60,855 nucleotides of DNA. Source: Chlorokybus atmophyticus. Lineage: Eukaryota; Plantae; Mesostigma and Chlorokybus algae. Where the stretch lies: positions 1 to 60,855 of the forward strand of contig RHPI01000863.1 in NCBI GenBank assembly GCA_009103225.1, written 5' to 3'. The position numbers and the translations under genes were made by a program. Under the pieces are notes generated by a model, which saw nothing but the letters and a program-made list of their open reading frames with translations, was not told the DNA's origin and did no database searches. Within the stretch, counting starts at the first letter, position 1. Each line of letters begins with the position of its first letter. Shown one piece after another: positions 25,342 to 37,200 of the stretch.

Positions 25342-26950
25342 ATGGTATGGCTGCTGGAGCTGAGCTTCGCGTTGCAGGACCGCCACGTGTTCTTCGAAGA
25401 TCTCGAACACTTGGCTGGGGGGTGGGCTGATCGCGTAGCCGACACCAAGGCAGCTCACACAGCCCTCGAGGTGGTCCACATGGAGGAGCAAGCAGCAGTG
25501 ACAGTGGAGGACATTCCCGTGGTTGCCAATGCAACCTCCTGGGACCATGCCATTGGCCCGTTGGCCACAGAAGGCACTCGAGAGAAGCTGGAGGCTCTCC
25601 TCAACAAATGGAGGAGCCAATTCAGCTTCAATGTGAAGGAATTGGGTACATGTTCAGTGTACCAGATGGACATCGAGCTGGTGGACACTGAGCCGGTGTT
25701 CCGGCGGCAATACAGGCTCTCCAAGTTGGAAGAGGACCTGGTAAAACAGAGATGTAAGGCGCTGCTTGATGCAGGCCTTATCGAAGTGTCCACATCAGAC
25801 TTCGCAGCAGCAACCGTCATGCCACTGAAGAAGGATTCAGCAGGCAACTGGACAGAGCGACGCATGTGTGGCGACTATCGCCCCCTCAACAACAAGACCA
25901 AGCAAGACAGGTACCCCATGCCCACAGCAGAGGGTATCTTTGATGATGTGGGAGGCTGCACAAACTTCAGCATCCTGGACATGCGTCAAGGGTACAACCA
26001 AATCGCCATCAAGGACGAGGATAAGCACAAGACCTCCTTCTGGGGCAACCGACAGTTGTACCAATGGAAGGTGATGCCGTTCGGGCTGAATGCCCCCGCC
26101 AAGTTTCAACGCGTCATGGACAAGGCGTTGAAGGGGATGGACTGCGCGCGGTGTTACATCGATGACATCCTCATCTTCAGCCGCAGCAACGAGGAGCATC
26201 TTCAGCACATCGAAGCAGTGCTGGAACGACTCAAGGGAGTGGGGATGACCGTACACCCCGACAAGTGTACCTTCTTCACCCACAAGGTGCCGTACTTAGG
26301 GCACATCATTGTGCCCCATGGTGTGTATGTGCAGCAGGCAAAAGTAGAGGCTCTGGCAGCTATCCCCGCCCCGACAGACCTTACACGTCTGCGCGCTTTC
26401 TTGGGACTTGCCAACTACTATCGTCGGTTCGTGAAGGACTTCGCGAAGATCGCAAGGCCCCTCAACGAGCTACTGAAGAAGGAGGTGGAGTTCGCATGGA
26501 AGGAGCCGCAACAGCAGGCCTTCGAGGAGCTGAAGAGCAGGCTCACCACCGCTCCCATCCTTCAACGTCCGGACTACGCCAAGCTTTTCACCCTTCACAC
26601 CGACTGGAGCAAGCTGGGGATGGGAGTGGTGCTGGTGCAGCACGATGAGAACAAGAAGGAGCGGGTGGTGTCATACGCCAGCTGAAGCAATAACAGCGCC
26701 GAGGCCAACTACAGCAGCTACGAAGGGGAGTGCCTCGCTGCAGTGTGGGCCATCTCCTTCTTCTGACCTTTTCTCTTTGGTCGGCAGTTCCAACCGATCA
26801 TCACCCCTCAAGTGGCTAATGACCAACCAACATCTGACAGGGAAACTTGCTCGATGGGCCCTGCTGTTGCAGGAATACGACTTCGAGATCGACCACCGCG
26901 CTGGCCTCACCAACCAAGACGCCGATGGCCTCAGTCGCAACCCTCCCCTA
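25342..26950 (+). pseudogene. Y reverse transcriptase and RNase H (Ty3/Gypsy type)
   Basis: RMCGDYRPLNNKT, FSILDMRQGYNQI, MPFGL, YIDD at 26155-26166, FLGLANYYRRFV, LHTDWSKLGMG, YEGECLAAVWA, KLARWALLLQEYDFEIDHRAG. In frame with the DNMT C-terminal part across a TAG. Confidence 0.95.
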
Positions 26951-27379
26951 GGCACCAACGACGCAACTGGAGCTCGGCATGAGCTCGTCCCTGCAGCAAC
27001 AACCCCCACCATGGCAACCATGTTTGCTGCTGCCGCGTTGCGCTCAAGGCGCAAGACCAACACCACGGCCTCAGCAATGGCAGAGGAAATTCCTGCTCTT
27101 GATCCTACCGGCCCTGCGGCAACCACACCTTTGAGAGACGCCCACGCAGCCGACATTAACGTCGATAACACAGAGTTGGCGCCCACTGACACCAGGCAAG
27201 ACATATGGCAGGACAAGCCATCATTCTCCTTTCTTCAAATTGGTCAGCTTCCCTCCGGCATGAGCGCCCGAGAGAAGGACCGAGTCAACCAATGCACCTG
27301 TCACTATCGATAGGCAGGTGACAAGTTGTATCGCCGCTTCCACGACGAAGACAAGGAAGTGCCGACACCGGTCACGCGC

Positions 27380-28665
27380 GAGGGCATCATCACTGCCCTC
27401 CACACGGAGCTTGGGCACTTCGGTGTCAAGCATACCGGCAGCCTAGTTAGGGCGCAATAATGGTGGTATGGGCTGTCCAAACAGGTGCAGGGGTTTGTCA
27501 GTCGCTGCCAGCAGTGTGACATGGTATGTGCCAGCCTCAACACGCGTAGCGCCACCTTGCACCCACTCCCCATCTCCGGTCTCTTTTACCGATGGGGGCT
27601 CGATATCTTGGGGGACTTGGCACCCTCAGCGCGTGCCAACCGATACATCCTGGTCATAATCGAGCAGTTCTCCAAATGGGTGGAGCTGGTACCGTTACCC
27701 AACAAGAGCAGCAGGGGGGTGTCTCAAACCTTCCTCTCTCTCACGTTCTCAGCCGATTTGGCAGCTGTGCCAAGGTCATCACTGACCAAGGTACTGAGTT
27801 CAGAGGGGAATTCGACACCCTCTTGGACAAATGTTACATCGACCACCGCCGTACCTCGCGTGATCACCCTCAAGCCGACGGTCTCGCCGAGCGTACAGTG
27901 CAGACCATCAAGAAGGCACTCCGCAAGTACGTGCTGGAGTACGAGAAGAACACTTGGGATGACCACCTCCTGTGGGTGGCCCTCGGATATCGATTGTCAA
28001 AGCAGGCGGCTTTGCGGGAGTACAGCCCGTACTACCTGCTGTTCGGGCGACCACCATTGCTCCCCTTCCGTGCGCAGCAGGAGGTGGATCGCGTCGTGAA
28101 CAACCTCGACGACCCTGACTGGATGCACCACGACATCACCATGCGCGCCGCGCTTTTCGAGCGCACCATCCCCATGGCCTTCAACAACCTGCGCATCGCG
28201 CAGCATCGCGACACGCTGCGCTACGAGCGCGTATGCAGCGGCTTCTACAAGGAGCGCCAACGGCGGTTCCAAGCGGGGGACTTTGCCTATCGCATGGCAG
28301 CCACCAAAGACACGCTTGACACCTCCGTAGGCCGCACCGTCTACAAGGTACTCAAAGTGTACCCCACAGGGGTGCTGGACCTCCTTGGTCAAAACGGAGA
28401 GAGGTTGAAGGACAACATGGTGAACTGTGCGCCATGTCACCTTCCTTACGTAGCCGGCTTCGGGCGTATCCAGCACCCTCGTCCCGCGCGCAGCACACGC
28501 TGTGAACGCTGCGGCAGCGCCGGCGACGACGCACTCATGATGCTCTGCGATGGCTGCAACAAGGGCCTGCATTGCTACTGCCTGGAGCCACCTTTGGACG
28601 CGATACCTATGGAGGAGTATTGGTGCGACGATTGCCGTACCAACGGCCCTCCTCACTTGCGCTAG
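27380..28665 (+). pseudogene. Y DDE integrase (HHCC plus core) with C-terminal PHD finger
   Basis: LHTELGHFG...CQQC; WGLDILG; VITDQGTEF; HPQADGLAERTVQTIK. PHD is CERC..MLCDGCNKGLHCYCLEPPLDAIPMEEYWCDDC at 28501-28635. Confidence 0.93.
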
Positions 28666-28702
28666 CAGCTGAGCTCTGGAGCTGGAACCTCCCCCAGAGC
28701 CC

Positions 28703-28710
28703 AGGGGGGG
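28703..28710 (+). promoter_or_regulatory. Putative polypurine tract of Y
   Basis: AGGGGGGG lies immediately before repeat B1; the equivalent G-run is in copy Z at 37556-37564 (minus). Confidence 0.6.
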
Positions 28711-28946
28711 TGGCTTGTTGACTTTGTGTGCTACAGCACAGCATGTACACCAGGGAGAACACCGACTCCACCTGCCCGTACTACCCAGCAGCAGCAGACC
28801 AGCTGCACAAAGCACTTGTCACCATGAGGGTTGGGGTCATCTTTTTGCTGCGCGTTACACAAGTGGCGCAGCAGCATGTCCAGCAAGCATGGCTGTCCAT
28901 GCAGCTGTCCGAGACAGCACTCCCCTCGACTCCCCTCGACCCGACA
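28710..28946 (+). repeat. Repeat B1
   Basis: Direct repeat of 29540-29781; ends CCCGACA. Confidence 0.95.
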
Positions 28947-28948
28947 GC

Positions 28949-29554
28949 TGTCATGCCTATCGCCCACGCATGCCAGTCGTCATCGGGCATGCCTACAGCG
29001 AGACCCTCGTCCGGCTTACAAGCATGGCAACCCGCGCGCGCCACTGTCCAGTAGCTAGGTCATGTCTCTAGAGTAGCTCATGACCATAGCCTACATAGGC
29101 ACCGCGCGTAGCTGTTCGGTTGTGAGTTCAGTTATAAGTTGGGTTCTATATCGAGTGGGGATTTCCTGTGGAAATAGCCTCAATATGACCGTTAGCTTAT
29201 GTTCTGGACAGTCATGAGTTGACTTGTATAAGTAGGCACAGTGTTCACCGGATCAGTTGGTGACACTGTAAGTGAGAAAGCTAAGAGCTTGTGAAGCGGC
29301 TTGAACTACGAAACACGCCGTCCCGGTTCCCCAGAATCCCCTCACCGTGTGAAAGCCTGTGCATGTTCTTGTGCACTGTGCTTGTCCTTGTTGTGAGCTT
29401 GGTGTACTTGGTCGCGGGGTGCTTGTTGGCATCAGTCAGGGCATAGCATCCACGTGTTGCGTGCTCATTCACCTCACTTAACAGTGTAATTTCTCTTCCA
29501 CGCATGCAAAGAACTGTGTAAACAGCGCTACCTATAGTAGTGGCTTGTTGACTT
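28949..29554 (+). repeat. Repeat A2
   Basis: Direct repeat of A1; starts TGTCATGCC. Confidence 0.95.
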
Positions 29555-29781
29555 TGTGTGCTACAGCACAGCATGTACACTAGGGAGAACACCGACTCCA
29601 CCTGCCCGTACTACCCAGCAACAGCAGACCAGCTGCACAAAGCACTTGTCACCATGAGGGTTGGGGTCATCTTTTGTTTTTGCTGCGCGTTACACAGGTG
29701 GCGCAGCAGCATGTCCAGCAAGCATGGCTGTCCATGCAGCTGTCTGAGACAGCATGACCCTCGACTCCCCTCGACCCGACA
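29540..29781 (+). repeat. Repeat B2 (element terminus)
   Basis: Direct repeat of B1; followed by TSD AATT. Confidence 0.95.
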
Positions 29782-32700
29782 AATTGCTCGAAGCGGCGCA
29801 CGCAAACGTCCGCATCAGCTGGCAACACATATCACGCACGACGCATCAACGCAATGGAGGAAGATGGCGTGGAGGAACAGGAAAATGACTTCCCCCAGTA
29901 GGTGAGGAGGCTACTGCTGGGGATGAGGGGGAGCCTCACGCACAAATAAAAACTGTGACATCGCAACCAAGGTAGAAAATAAAGGTGGCTATGAACACGC
30001 GCATCTTGGTAAGTTATGCGAGGAGGCAACAAATTACGTTGAGCTTCTAGCATGCACTTGCTATGACCGAGGACAATGGAGGAAGTGCAACCTTGTGGTT
30101 GATAGTGGAGTAAACAGCAACTTCGTGAGTGAGGAGGTTGCACGGCGCTACAGTTGGCTTTCAAAATTACGAGGAGGAGAAGTGAAACTCGCTGTTGGGG
30201 AACCACCCTGTGGAGGTACCGGTGCTGCGTTTTTTACCACGGAGTTGTGTGTTCATGTTCACATGGGGAAGAAGGAGAATATGCGTTTCTGCTGCATCAC
30301 CCTACGGAACGGGTTTCATGAAATTTTGAGACTACCGTGGCTGTGGCAACATAACCCATCTATCGATTGGAGGAAGCGTGTGCTTATTATAAAGGAAAAC
30401 GATGGAGAGTCCATTCAAGGTCTACGCGTGTGCTCCATCGAAGTGGAAGACCACTCTTGCAAGGAAAGCAAGAAGGGCTTTGTCATAGCTGCATCGGACG
30501 TCGCTAAGGCAAGTATGCGCACGTGTATTGAGCACCTGCAAGGGGATACAAGCACCAAAAAGGCACGGCACGCTCAATCGGGTATGAGCATTGCTTCAAT
30601 TTCCTATGTGCAATTGAGGAGGCTGCAATCCCCTCAAAAAGCAAAGGCTGCATGGTTGTGCGTTGTGCGTCTGAGCATTAAAGTCAGCACCGCTGAGTGA
30701 CTGCATTGAAACAGCCACAATGGCTAACCCCGAGGTGTGCAAACTTGTTCAGGACTACAAGATATCATGGTGGACAGACTTTCCGTTGGTCTGCCACCCT
30801 CACAAAGCATTGATCACCGTGTGAAGTTGATTGAGGGCGTGCACAAGCCACCCTACAGGCCTGTATATAAGTTGTCACCTCTAGAGGAGGCCGCGAAGCA
30901 GATAGCGGATCTTCCAAAGAGTGGGTACATCTGGCCAAGTAAGTCACCTTATGGTGCACCAATACTGTTCATGCGGAAGAACGGGAGCCTGCATATATGC
31001 ATTAACTACCAAGCGCTCAACACAATTAAAAAGAAGAACTACTTTCCACTACCGCGTATTGACGAGTTGCTGAAGCAGCTACAAGGTGCGCAGTACGTTA
31101 CCACACTTGATCTTGCGGGAGGTTATCATCAGATCCGCATCGCACCTGAGGTGGAGAAGACAGCGTGCGACGCGCGCTATGGACATTATGAGTGGTTACT
31201 GTTGTTGTTTGGGCTTACGAACGCGCTAGCGACATTTTAGGCGTCGATGAACAGCGTTTTTGCTGACTTGCTAGGTAAGGGAGTCCTCGTGTACCTCGAC
31301 AACATTCTAGTGTGCTCGAAGACGAAGGATGAGCATGTGAGTCGTCTACGGCGCGTGTTGCAGCGTTTACGCGAGCACAAGTTGTACGCTAAGCTACAGA
31401 AGTGCAAGTCTTTGCTACGCGAGGTGGAGTACCTGGGCCACATTGTGTCACAAGAAGGAATTAAGGTTGACCCCAATAAATTGCAAGTGGTGCGCAAATG
31501 GTCTGCCCCGACCAACGTGAAGGAGGTAATGTCGTTCTTGGGCCTTGCGGGGTATTATCGCAAGTATATCATAGGATTTTCGTGCATTGCGGCCCCTTTA
31601 ACCACCCTACTCAAGAAAGGGAAGTCTTGGAGCTGGTCTACAAAGGAAGAGCATGCATTTACTGCGTTCAAGAAAGCGTTGGGGCAGCCGTCTTGGCTCA
31701 CCCCGTTATGGACAAACCTTTCATTTTAGCTTGTGACGCATACGACACAGCTGTGGGAGCTGTGTTACAGCAAGACCAAGGCATGGGTCTTCAACCTGTA
31801 GCGTTCTTTAGTTGAAAACTGAGTGGAGCAGAGCTGGACTACCTTGTGCACTAGAAAGAGCTATTGGCGCAAGTGATGGCGCTACGACAATGGCGATGCT
31901 TTCTTTAGGGCAAAAGGTTCGTGCTAAAGACGGACCATTCCCCATTGAGGTACTTACAGACACAACCACGTCTAAGTCGGAAATAAGCGCGGTGGTTGGA
32001 GTTCTTTCAACTTTTTAATTTTGAGATCAAGTACAAGCCCGATACGTCTAATGGTGTGGCCGATGTGCTAAGCCGGTTGAATGAGATTGAAGCACTCGCT
32101 CAAGTGCAACCGGAGTGGGCCGACCAGATCTGACAAGCGTTTGCGAAGACACAGAAGGTAGGAGAGTCTTGCAAGGCATGGAGAGCACAGCAACGGACAC
32201 AAGTGAACATTGAACAAAGCAACACGGCCTATTATGACATCATGGCCGCTTGTACATCCCCAATGTTGCACATATACACGTTCAACTTTCAAAGGAAGCT
32301 CGTGGCGTACCCATTGCTGGCCACTAAGGAGTGGAGAGGACGTTGGCAAGTTTAAAACAACGCTTTTATTGGCGGGAGATGCATCGTGATGTATGCGATT
32401 ATGTGGCGTTGTGCGACGCATGTCAAAGGGTGAAAGCAAGCAACCCAAAGCCAAGTGGGTTGCTACAACCTCTTCCCGAGCCTTTGTCCAAGTGGGAGCA
32501 GGTTACTATGGACTTTATTACGGGGCTGCCGAAGACAACAGAAGGGTACGACGCAATACTCGTGTCCGTAGACAAAACCAGCAAACTAGTACGCTTGGCA
32601 CCGTGCTGTGAGTCTTGTACGGCACCAGAGGCAGCAAGCTTGTTTTTTAAGTATTGAAAGCGATTGTGATCCCCGCTTCACAAGTAAGTTTTGGGAGGCG

Positions 32701-33515
32701 CTGCATAGTGCACTGGGTACTACCTTAAAGTCTAGCACGGCTTTCCACCTGCAAACTGCTGGGTAAGCGGAGCGAGCCAATCGTGTGATTGAAGATATGT
32801 TGCGCTGCTACGTGAACGCACGGCAAGACAATTGGGCGGAGTTGCTGAAAGTGGTGGGTTTTGCCAACAACAACCACACCAACGCAAGCACGGGTGTCAC
32901 CCCCTTTCTCATGAACTACGGCCAACACAGGCTGACACCGCTGACGCCGTGAACACCGCGAGGAAGTGACGTTGATGTGAAAGCAGTATTCTTACAACGT
33001 GTGCGGACATCAACAAGGCAGCGAGAGAGGCGCTATAGGTGGCACAAAATAGGCAAAAACAGTACGCAAACGCGCATCGTCGACATGTCACGTTTCGTGA
33101 AGGCGACAAGGTGTTGCTATTTGCAAGGAACTTACAGGTGCGTGCTAGAGTTTGCAAGTTAAGTGAGCGCTGGCTTGGGCCATTTTAAGTCATCAAAGTG
33201 GTTTCGGACGTGGCGTACAAGTTGCAATGCCCGACTCTATGCACGTCCACCCTGTCTTGCACATATCCCTTCTAAAATCATATTGAGGACATCCACCATT
33301 GCGGCCACCGCTTGAGTTGGCTACGGAAGGTCATATGGAATACGAAGTGGAGGACATATTGGGAGAAAATGATGCACAACGTGCGCAAATATTTGGCGAA
33401 GTGGAAAGGCTACATGATGCATGAAGCCACTTGGGAACTGGAGGAGCACTTGGCAAATGCACAACATATCCTACAACAGTATTTGCAACGACTAGAGAAT
33501 CCTCGAGAGCTTTGA
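29782..33515 (+). pseudogene. G1 pol: protease, RT, RNase H, integrase, chromodomain (degenerate)
   Basis: MVDSGVNSNFVS; SPYGAPILF, PLPRIDELL, YLDNILV; ACDAYDTAVGAVL; WEQVTMDFITGLP; chromodomain KYLAKWKGY..EATWELEEHL. Many stops. Confidence 0.92.
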
Positions 33516-33543
33516 GGACAAAGCTTACCTAGGGGGGCAGGAG

Positions 33544-34205
33544 TGTAACAGTCGAGGCCAAGTTTTACGTTTTTAAGACCTTTTTTGGCCCATTTATCGA
33601 GCACCGCATTTTCATGACTTGTGGCAGATATCGGTGAGTTATAAGTCTGCCGCGGATATCGACCGGGGCCCCAGGACCAGTCTGGAAGGTGCTAGAAAAC
33701 GGAGGGCCAGTCGAGAAGGGCTCGACCCGATTTCTCAAAGGGCCTGGCGCCAAGTAGTGTAACTTGACCATATGAGCATCTAATCAGGAGATCTTTGGTG
33801 CGTAAGAAAGGTCTAGAAGTATATTACAAGGTTTTGCAACATCTTAGCATCAAGTTTTGTGTAGCACGGGAATCGTTTAGATAGTAGCATGTGCTGACTG
33901 GTAGGTATAAAAGCGACATTCTACTATGTGCAATACAACCTTTAGCTCCCTAATTTCTTGTGTGCTGGTGATGGTTAGCAGGGGTTGCTAGCGTGTGTCC
34001 ACTGGTGTGTGCTTGCTTGTGTGACGATCCAAGGCGCTGCACAAGTTTGTGTGTAGCTTTGAGCGCATGCGCGTGCATACGCGAGTGGCGAGGCGCGCGT
34101 GTGTGCTTGGCAGAGGGGGCAAGGTTCCGGTGTGAATACCGTGTCTTGGTGAGAGGGTTATTGATTGGACCAACTCACAGGTGACACGGCACGAGCACCG
34201 TTACA
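33544..34205 (+). repeat. G1 3' LTR
   Basis: Direct repeat of 17029-17696. Confidence 0.93.
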
Positions 34206-37200
34206 AGGAAATACGCACAAGAAGGTTGCGGCGACAAAGGTGGTTGAGAATGGAGCATTCAAGACACCACAATGTCAAAACAACAAGGAAGCATAGTGAT
34301 TGCTGTGAAGCGGATGAGCTCGGAGCCCAGTGGGAGTTGCAAGGAGCTACAAGCAAGTGGTGGAGAGCAAGGTGGCTTAGGAAGAGCCAAGAGCTTTCAG
34401 CAGAGCTAGAATTGCTATCAGGAAGAGAGGTGCAGCCGGAGCAGGGCGGCAAGGAGCATGTGCAGCCAAAAAGCAAGGGGTTGAAAGTTAATCAGGAGGC
34501 TCAAGTTGCTGTGGAGGACAAGTACCGCAAGGGGAACCGATTCCAAGCGCTTGTGGGAAGCATAGTGGAAGAGGTGGAGCAAAAAGAGAAGGTGAAAGGA
34601 TTTTTAGCAATTGCGAACAAGAGGAGCAAGGCTAGTACAAGAGCTAATGGTACATGAGCTAGTACAGCCTGGTTGTAAGGAAGACAACGCATGTTGAGAT
34701 TATTCCAACATTTAAATCAATAAGTTAGTCAGTTAGCTTGCCCTCTGCATAGGAATAGCCGCCATAAAGATCCAAGCGACTCAAGTCAAGAGGTTCAATT
34801 GCGAGAAGGTTCCAGGCGCGTCGGCAAGTCAGGAGTCCCGAGACTTTCAGGCGCTGTAGTAGAATGATTGTGTGTCGGTGGTATTAGACTATTGAGAATG
34901 TGCCATAGCTTGTTGAAAAGCTCTTGAAACTAGCTACGTGTCGCAACTTGGAGCGTAGGTATGGTTGAGTGTGCTGAATGCAGTAGCTTCTGGAGTATAA
35001 GCATGTGTAGCTGACGGGTATAAAACCAGTGGACATAATGGCAATAGTTGGTCTTGTATGGTCTCCGCGGCGCTAGTGTTGTGGCGTGCACTTGTGCATA
35101 TGTGTGCATCTCAATATGAGTGTGGTTGCATTCTGTGCATCAGATGTGCAAGTTGCAGTTTGATACATCGTAGTGAATTGTTATCACCGCCATCGCATAG
35201 TGCGCACAAGCACTAGTGTGTCGAGTGGTAGCAGCATTAAGAGAGCTTAATAGAGCACAAACAGTCTACCCATCATACATTTTCACTATCGCATAAGCTG
35301 TATGAGCAGGCCCACCCCATCTTCGCCAATACAAGAGGGGAACCTCAACAGGTGGAGCCCAACCGCCAACCTTATCTACAAGCGAGCAAGTGAAGAAAGC
35401 AGTTTCCATAGCAGTAGAGGCTCACGCCCCGTCTCCGGTTCCACCTCCTTCCACTTTTCTCCTCATCAACGAGCATCTCCACCTCCTTCGGACAGCGACG
35501 ACGACGAGATGGAGCCTTCTAGCTCAACCAACTTCCTGCGCTTTTGCGGGCGTTGTAACACCACATTACTTAATGACTTTATTATCAAGTTCCACTTCAT
35601 GATACTGCAGCAAGCCCTTGAGAGTAAAGATTGGACAGATGAGGTGTCATTTTATGTGTTGGGGCGATACCTCAATTATGAAGCACATGATGTGTGGAAG
35701 TCCGCTTGATGAACTGCACAAGATCGATGGCAACGGCGAGATGGCCAGCACGGTAACCTTTACATCACTGCACAGCCTAGCAGCTATAGCCCCTGCAGCA
35801 GCGGCCCCACCAGCCTCAGTCACCGGTCTCACCTTAGCCGCAACCATGGAAAAAGCAAAAATCGAAAAAGACTGAGATGGTGACCTCTTGAACTCTTTGA
35901 AAGAACGAGGTTACTCTACCAGAAGGAGTGCTACTAGAAGGAGTGCACCAAAGAGATTACGGCAACCTGGTGTGCCACTATTGCCACAAGGCGAGACATT
36001 TGAAGACAGTATGCTGGCTCAAGTCTGTTGAGCTGCGGCCCTCTATTGGCTACAACAGCAACATCGCTGGTGGCTACCGCAGTCACAAGAATAATAATGA
36101 GGGCTACAACAACATCAACAACGCTGGTGGTCACAACAATGGCAACAATGATGGTGCCCACAACCCCAACAATTACAGCGTCGGCAACCGTAATAAGGAA
36201 GCAGGCTTTGGAGAAAAGAAGTGCCCTCCACAACGCAGAGGACCTGAGGGACGTGCGGGCTGGAGCTGCTACTGTTTAAGCACCACCCAACCCAATTGTT
36301 GACCAAGTAACAGCCCTCATGGCTCGTGTGGCACAGTTTAAAAAGAGTAAAGAGCAGGACTATTAAGCCTGCTATTCTGCCCGTTATGCACTGATGGCTC
36401 CGAAACGCAAAATGCAAGAGAGACACTCCATCGCGCATTCAGCCATCGCAACATGCGTGCAGAGAGGCTGGCGCACCATCAACATGAGCGTTGTCAGAAA
36501 CAACAAGTGGGGCTGCATTGACGGCCACAAGTATCACTGGGACGACACCATTAACGACACCGTTAGCATCCACTCCGACTGCTGCAGCAAGTGAAGGAAC
36601 ACTTGGGACAACAACGGCTCCGAATTGCCATCCACAGATGCTGCTGCCGTACACCCGAATGTTGTTGGCGCCACCCTCACCGCAAGCGCAACTGCAGCCG
36701 ATGTTGCATCACCTTCGACAGCTCTTATTGTTACAGATGCGGCACCGTCGTTGGGTTGAGCGGCCCCTCCACCACATCCTGATGTCACTTAAGAAGCTCG
36801 ACGTGGCCCTCAAGCCGAGCGTGCCTCGGCAGCCGCTTTGCGCGACATCGAGCCCACAACCATTGCATATGGTCCAGGGGCCCCGCGTACCACACATGTT
36901 GCTTGCAATGACCATAACTTCCCGCATCCTCTACCGGAGTATCACACACTGCCGGAACCCACCCAGCAACAACTGGAGGATGAATTCCTTGCTGGCAGTG
37001 CTCTAAAAACATGGGACCCCATTATTGGCGTTACCTACCGGCGACCTTTTGTGTTGAAGCTGGCCGTCCAGCTGATTTGGGCATTGCACGCACAAATGCA
37101 GGTGGCACCCAGTTGGTCACGCCAAGTACTGCCATATCGGGCTGAGGAGAGCAAAGGGTCATGCTTGCTACATACGCTACTGCAGCATGCTGTAGCATGT

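Larger units (their letters stand above)
18716..29781 (+). mobile_element. Copy Y: Ty3/Gypsy-type retrotransposon with DNMT and PHD domains and split direct repeats
   Basis: TGTCA...CGACA ends flanked by AATT at 18712-18715 and 29782-29785. Removing it restores the host codons F-N-C-S-K. It contains Gag, PR, DNMT, RT, RH, IN and PHD. Confidence 0.93.
17029..34205 (+). mobile_element. Ty3/Gypsy chromovirus G1 (interrupted by copy Y)
   Basis: LTRs 17029-17696 and 33544-34205 (TGTAAC...GTTACA); PBS TGGTATCGGAGC at 17699-17710 (tRNA-Met-i type); PPT AGGGGGGCAGGAG at 33531-33543; TSD AGGAC/AGGAA. Confidence 0.93.
15328..35116 (+). mobile_element. Non-autonomous Ty1/Copia element, copy 1 (interrupted by G1)
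   Basis: LTRs at 15328-15765 and 34692-35116; near-TSD TGAGC/TGAGT; PBS AGTCATGGGCCT at 15766. Gag and protease remnants are present; no RT found. Confidence 0.85.
14688..37134 (+). mobile_element. Copy X of the DNMT-Ty3 family (old; 14688-15327 plus 35117-37134, interrupted by Copia-1)
   Basis: Begins TGTCATGCCTAT like copy Y. 14688-15327 is colinear with Y 18716-19350; sequence resumes at 35117 with the UTR and degenerate Gag (MSRPTPSSPIQEG at 35302, zinc knuckle near 35960-36015). Confidence 0.85.

Noticed and set aside
18716-29781. Y as a DIRS/Ngaro tyrosine-recombinase element
   Set aside because: No tyrosine recombinase motifs were seen. It has a DDE integrase, protease, Ty3-type RT/RH and a TSD.
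28710-29781. B2 as a post-insertion tandem duplication or a second nested insertion
   Set aside because: The TSD and restored host reading frame lie outside B2, and B-type and A-type ends recur in other copies. A misassembly is not fully excluded without reads.
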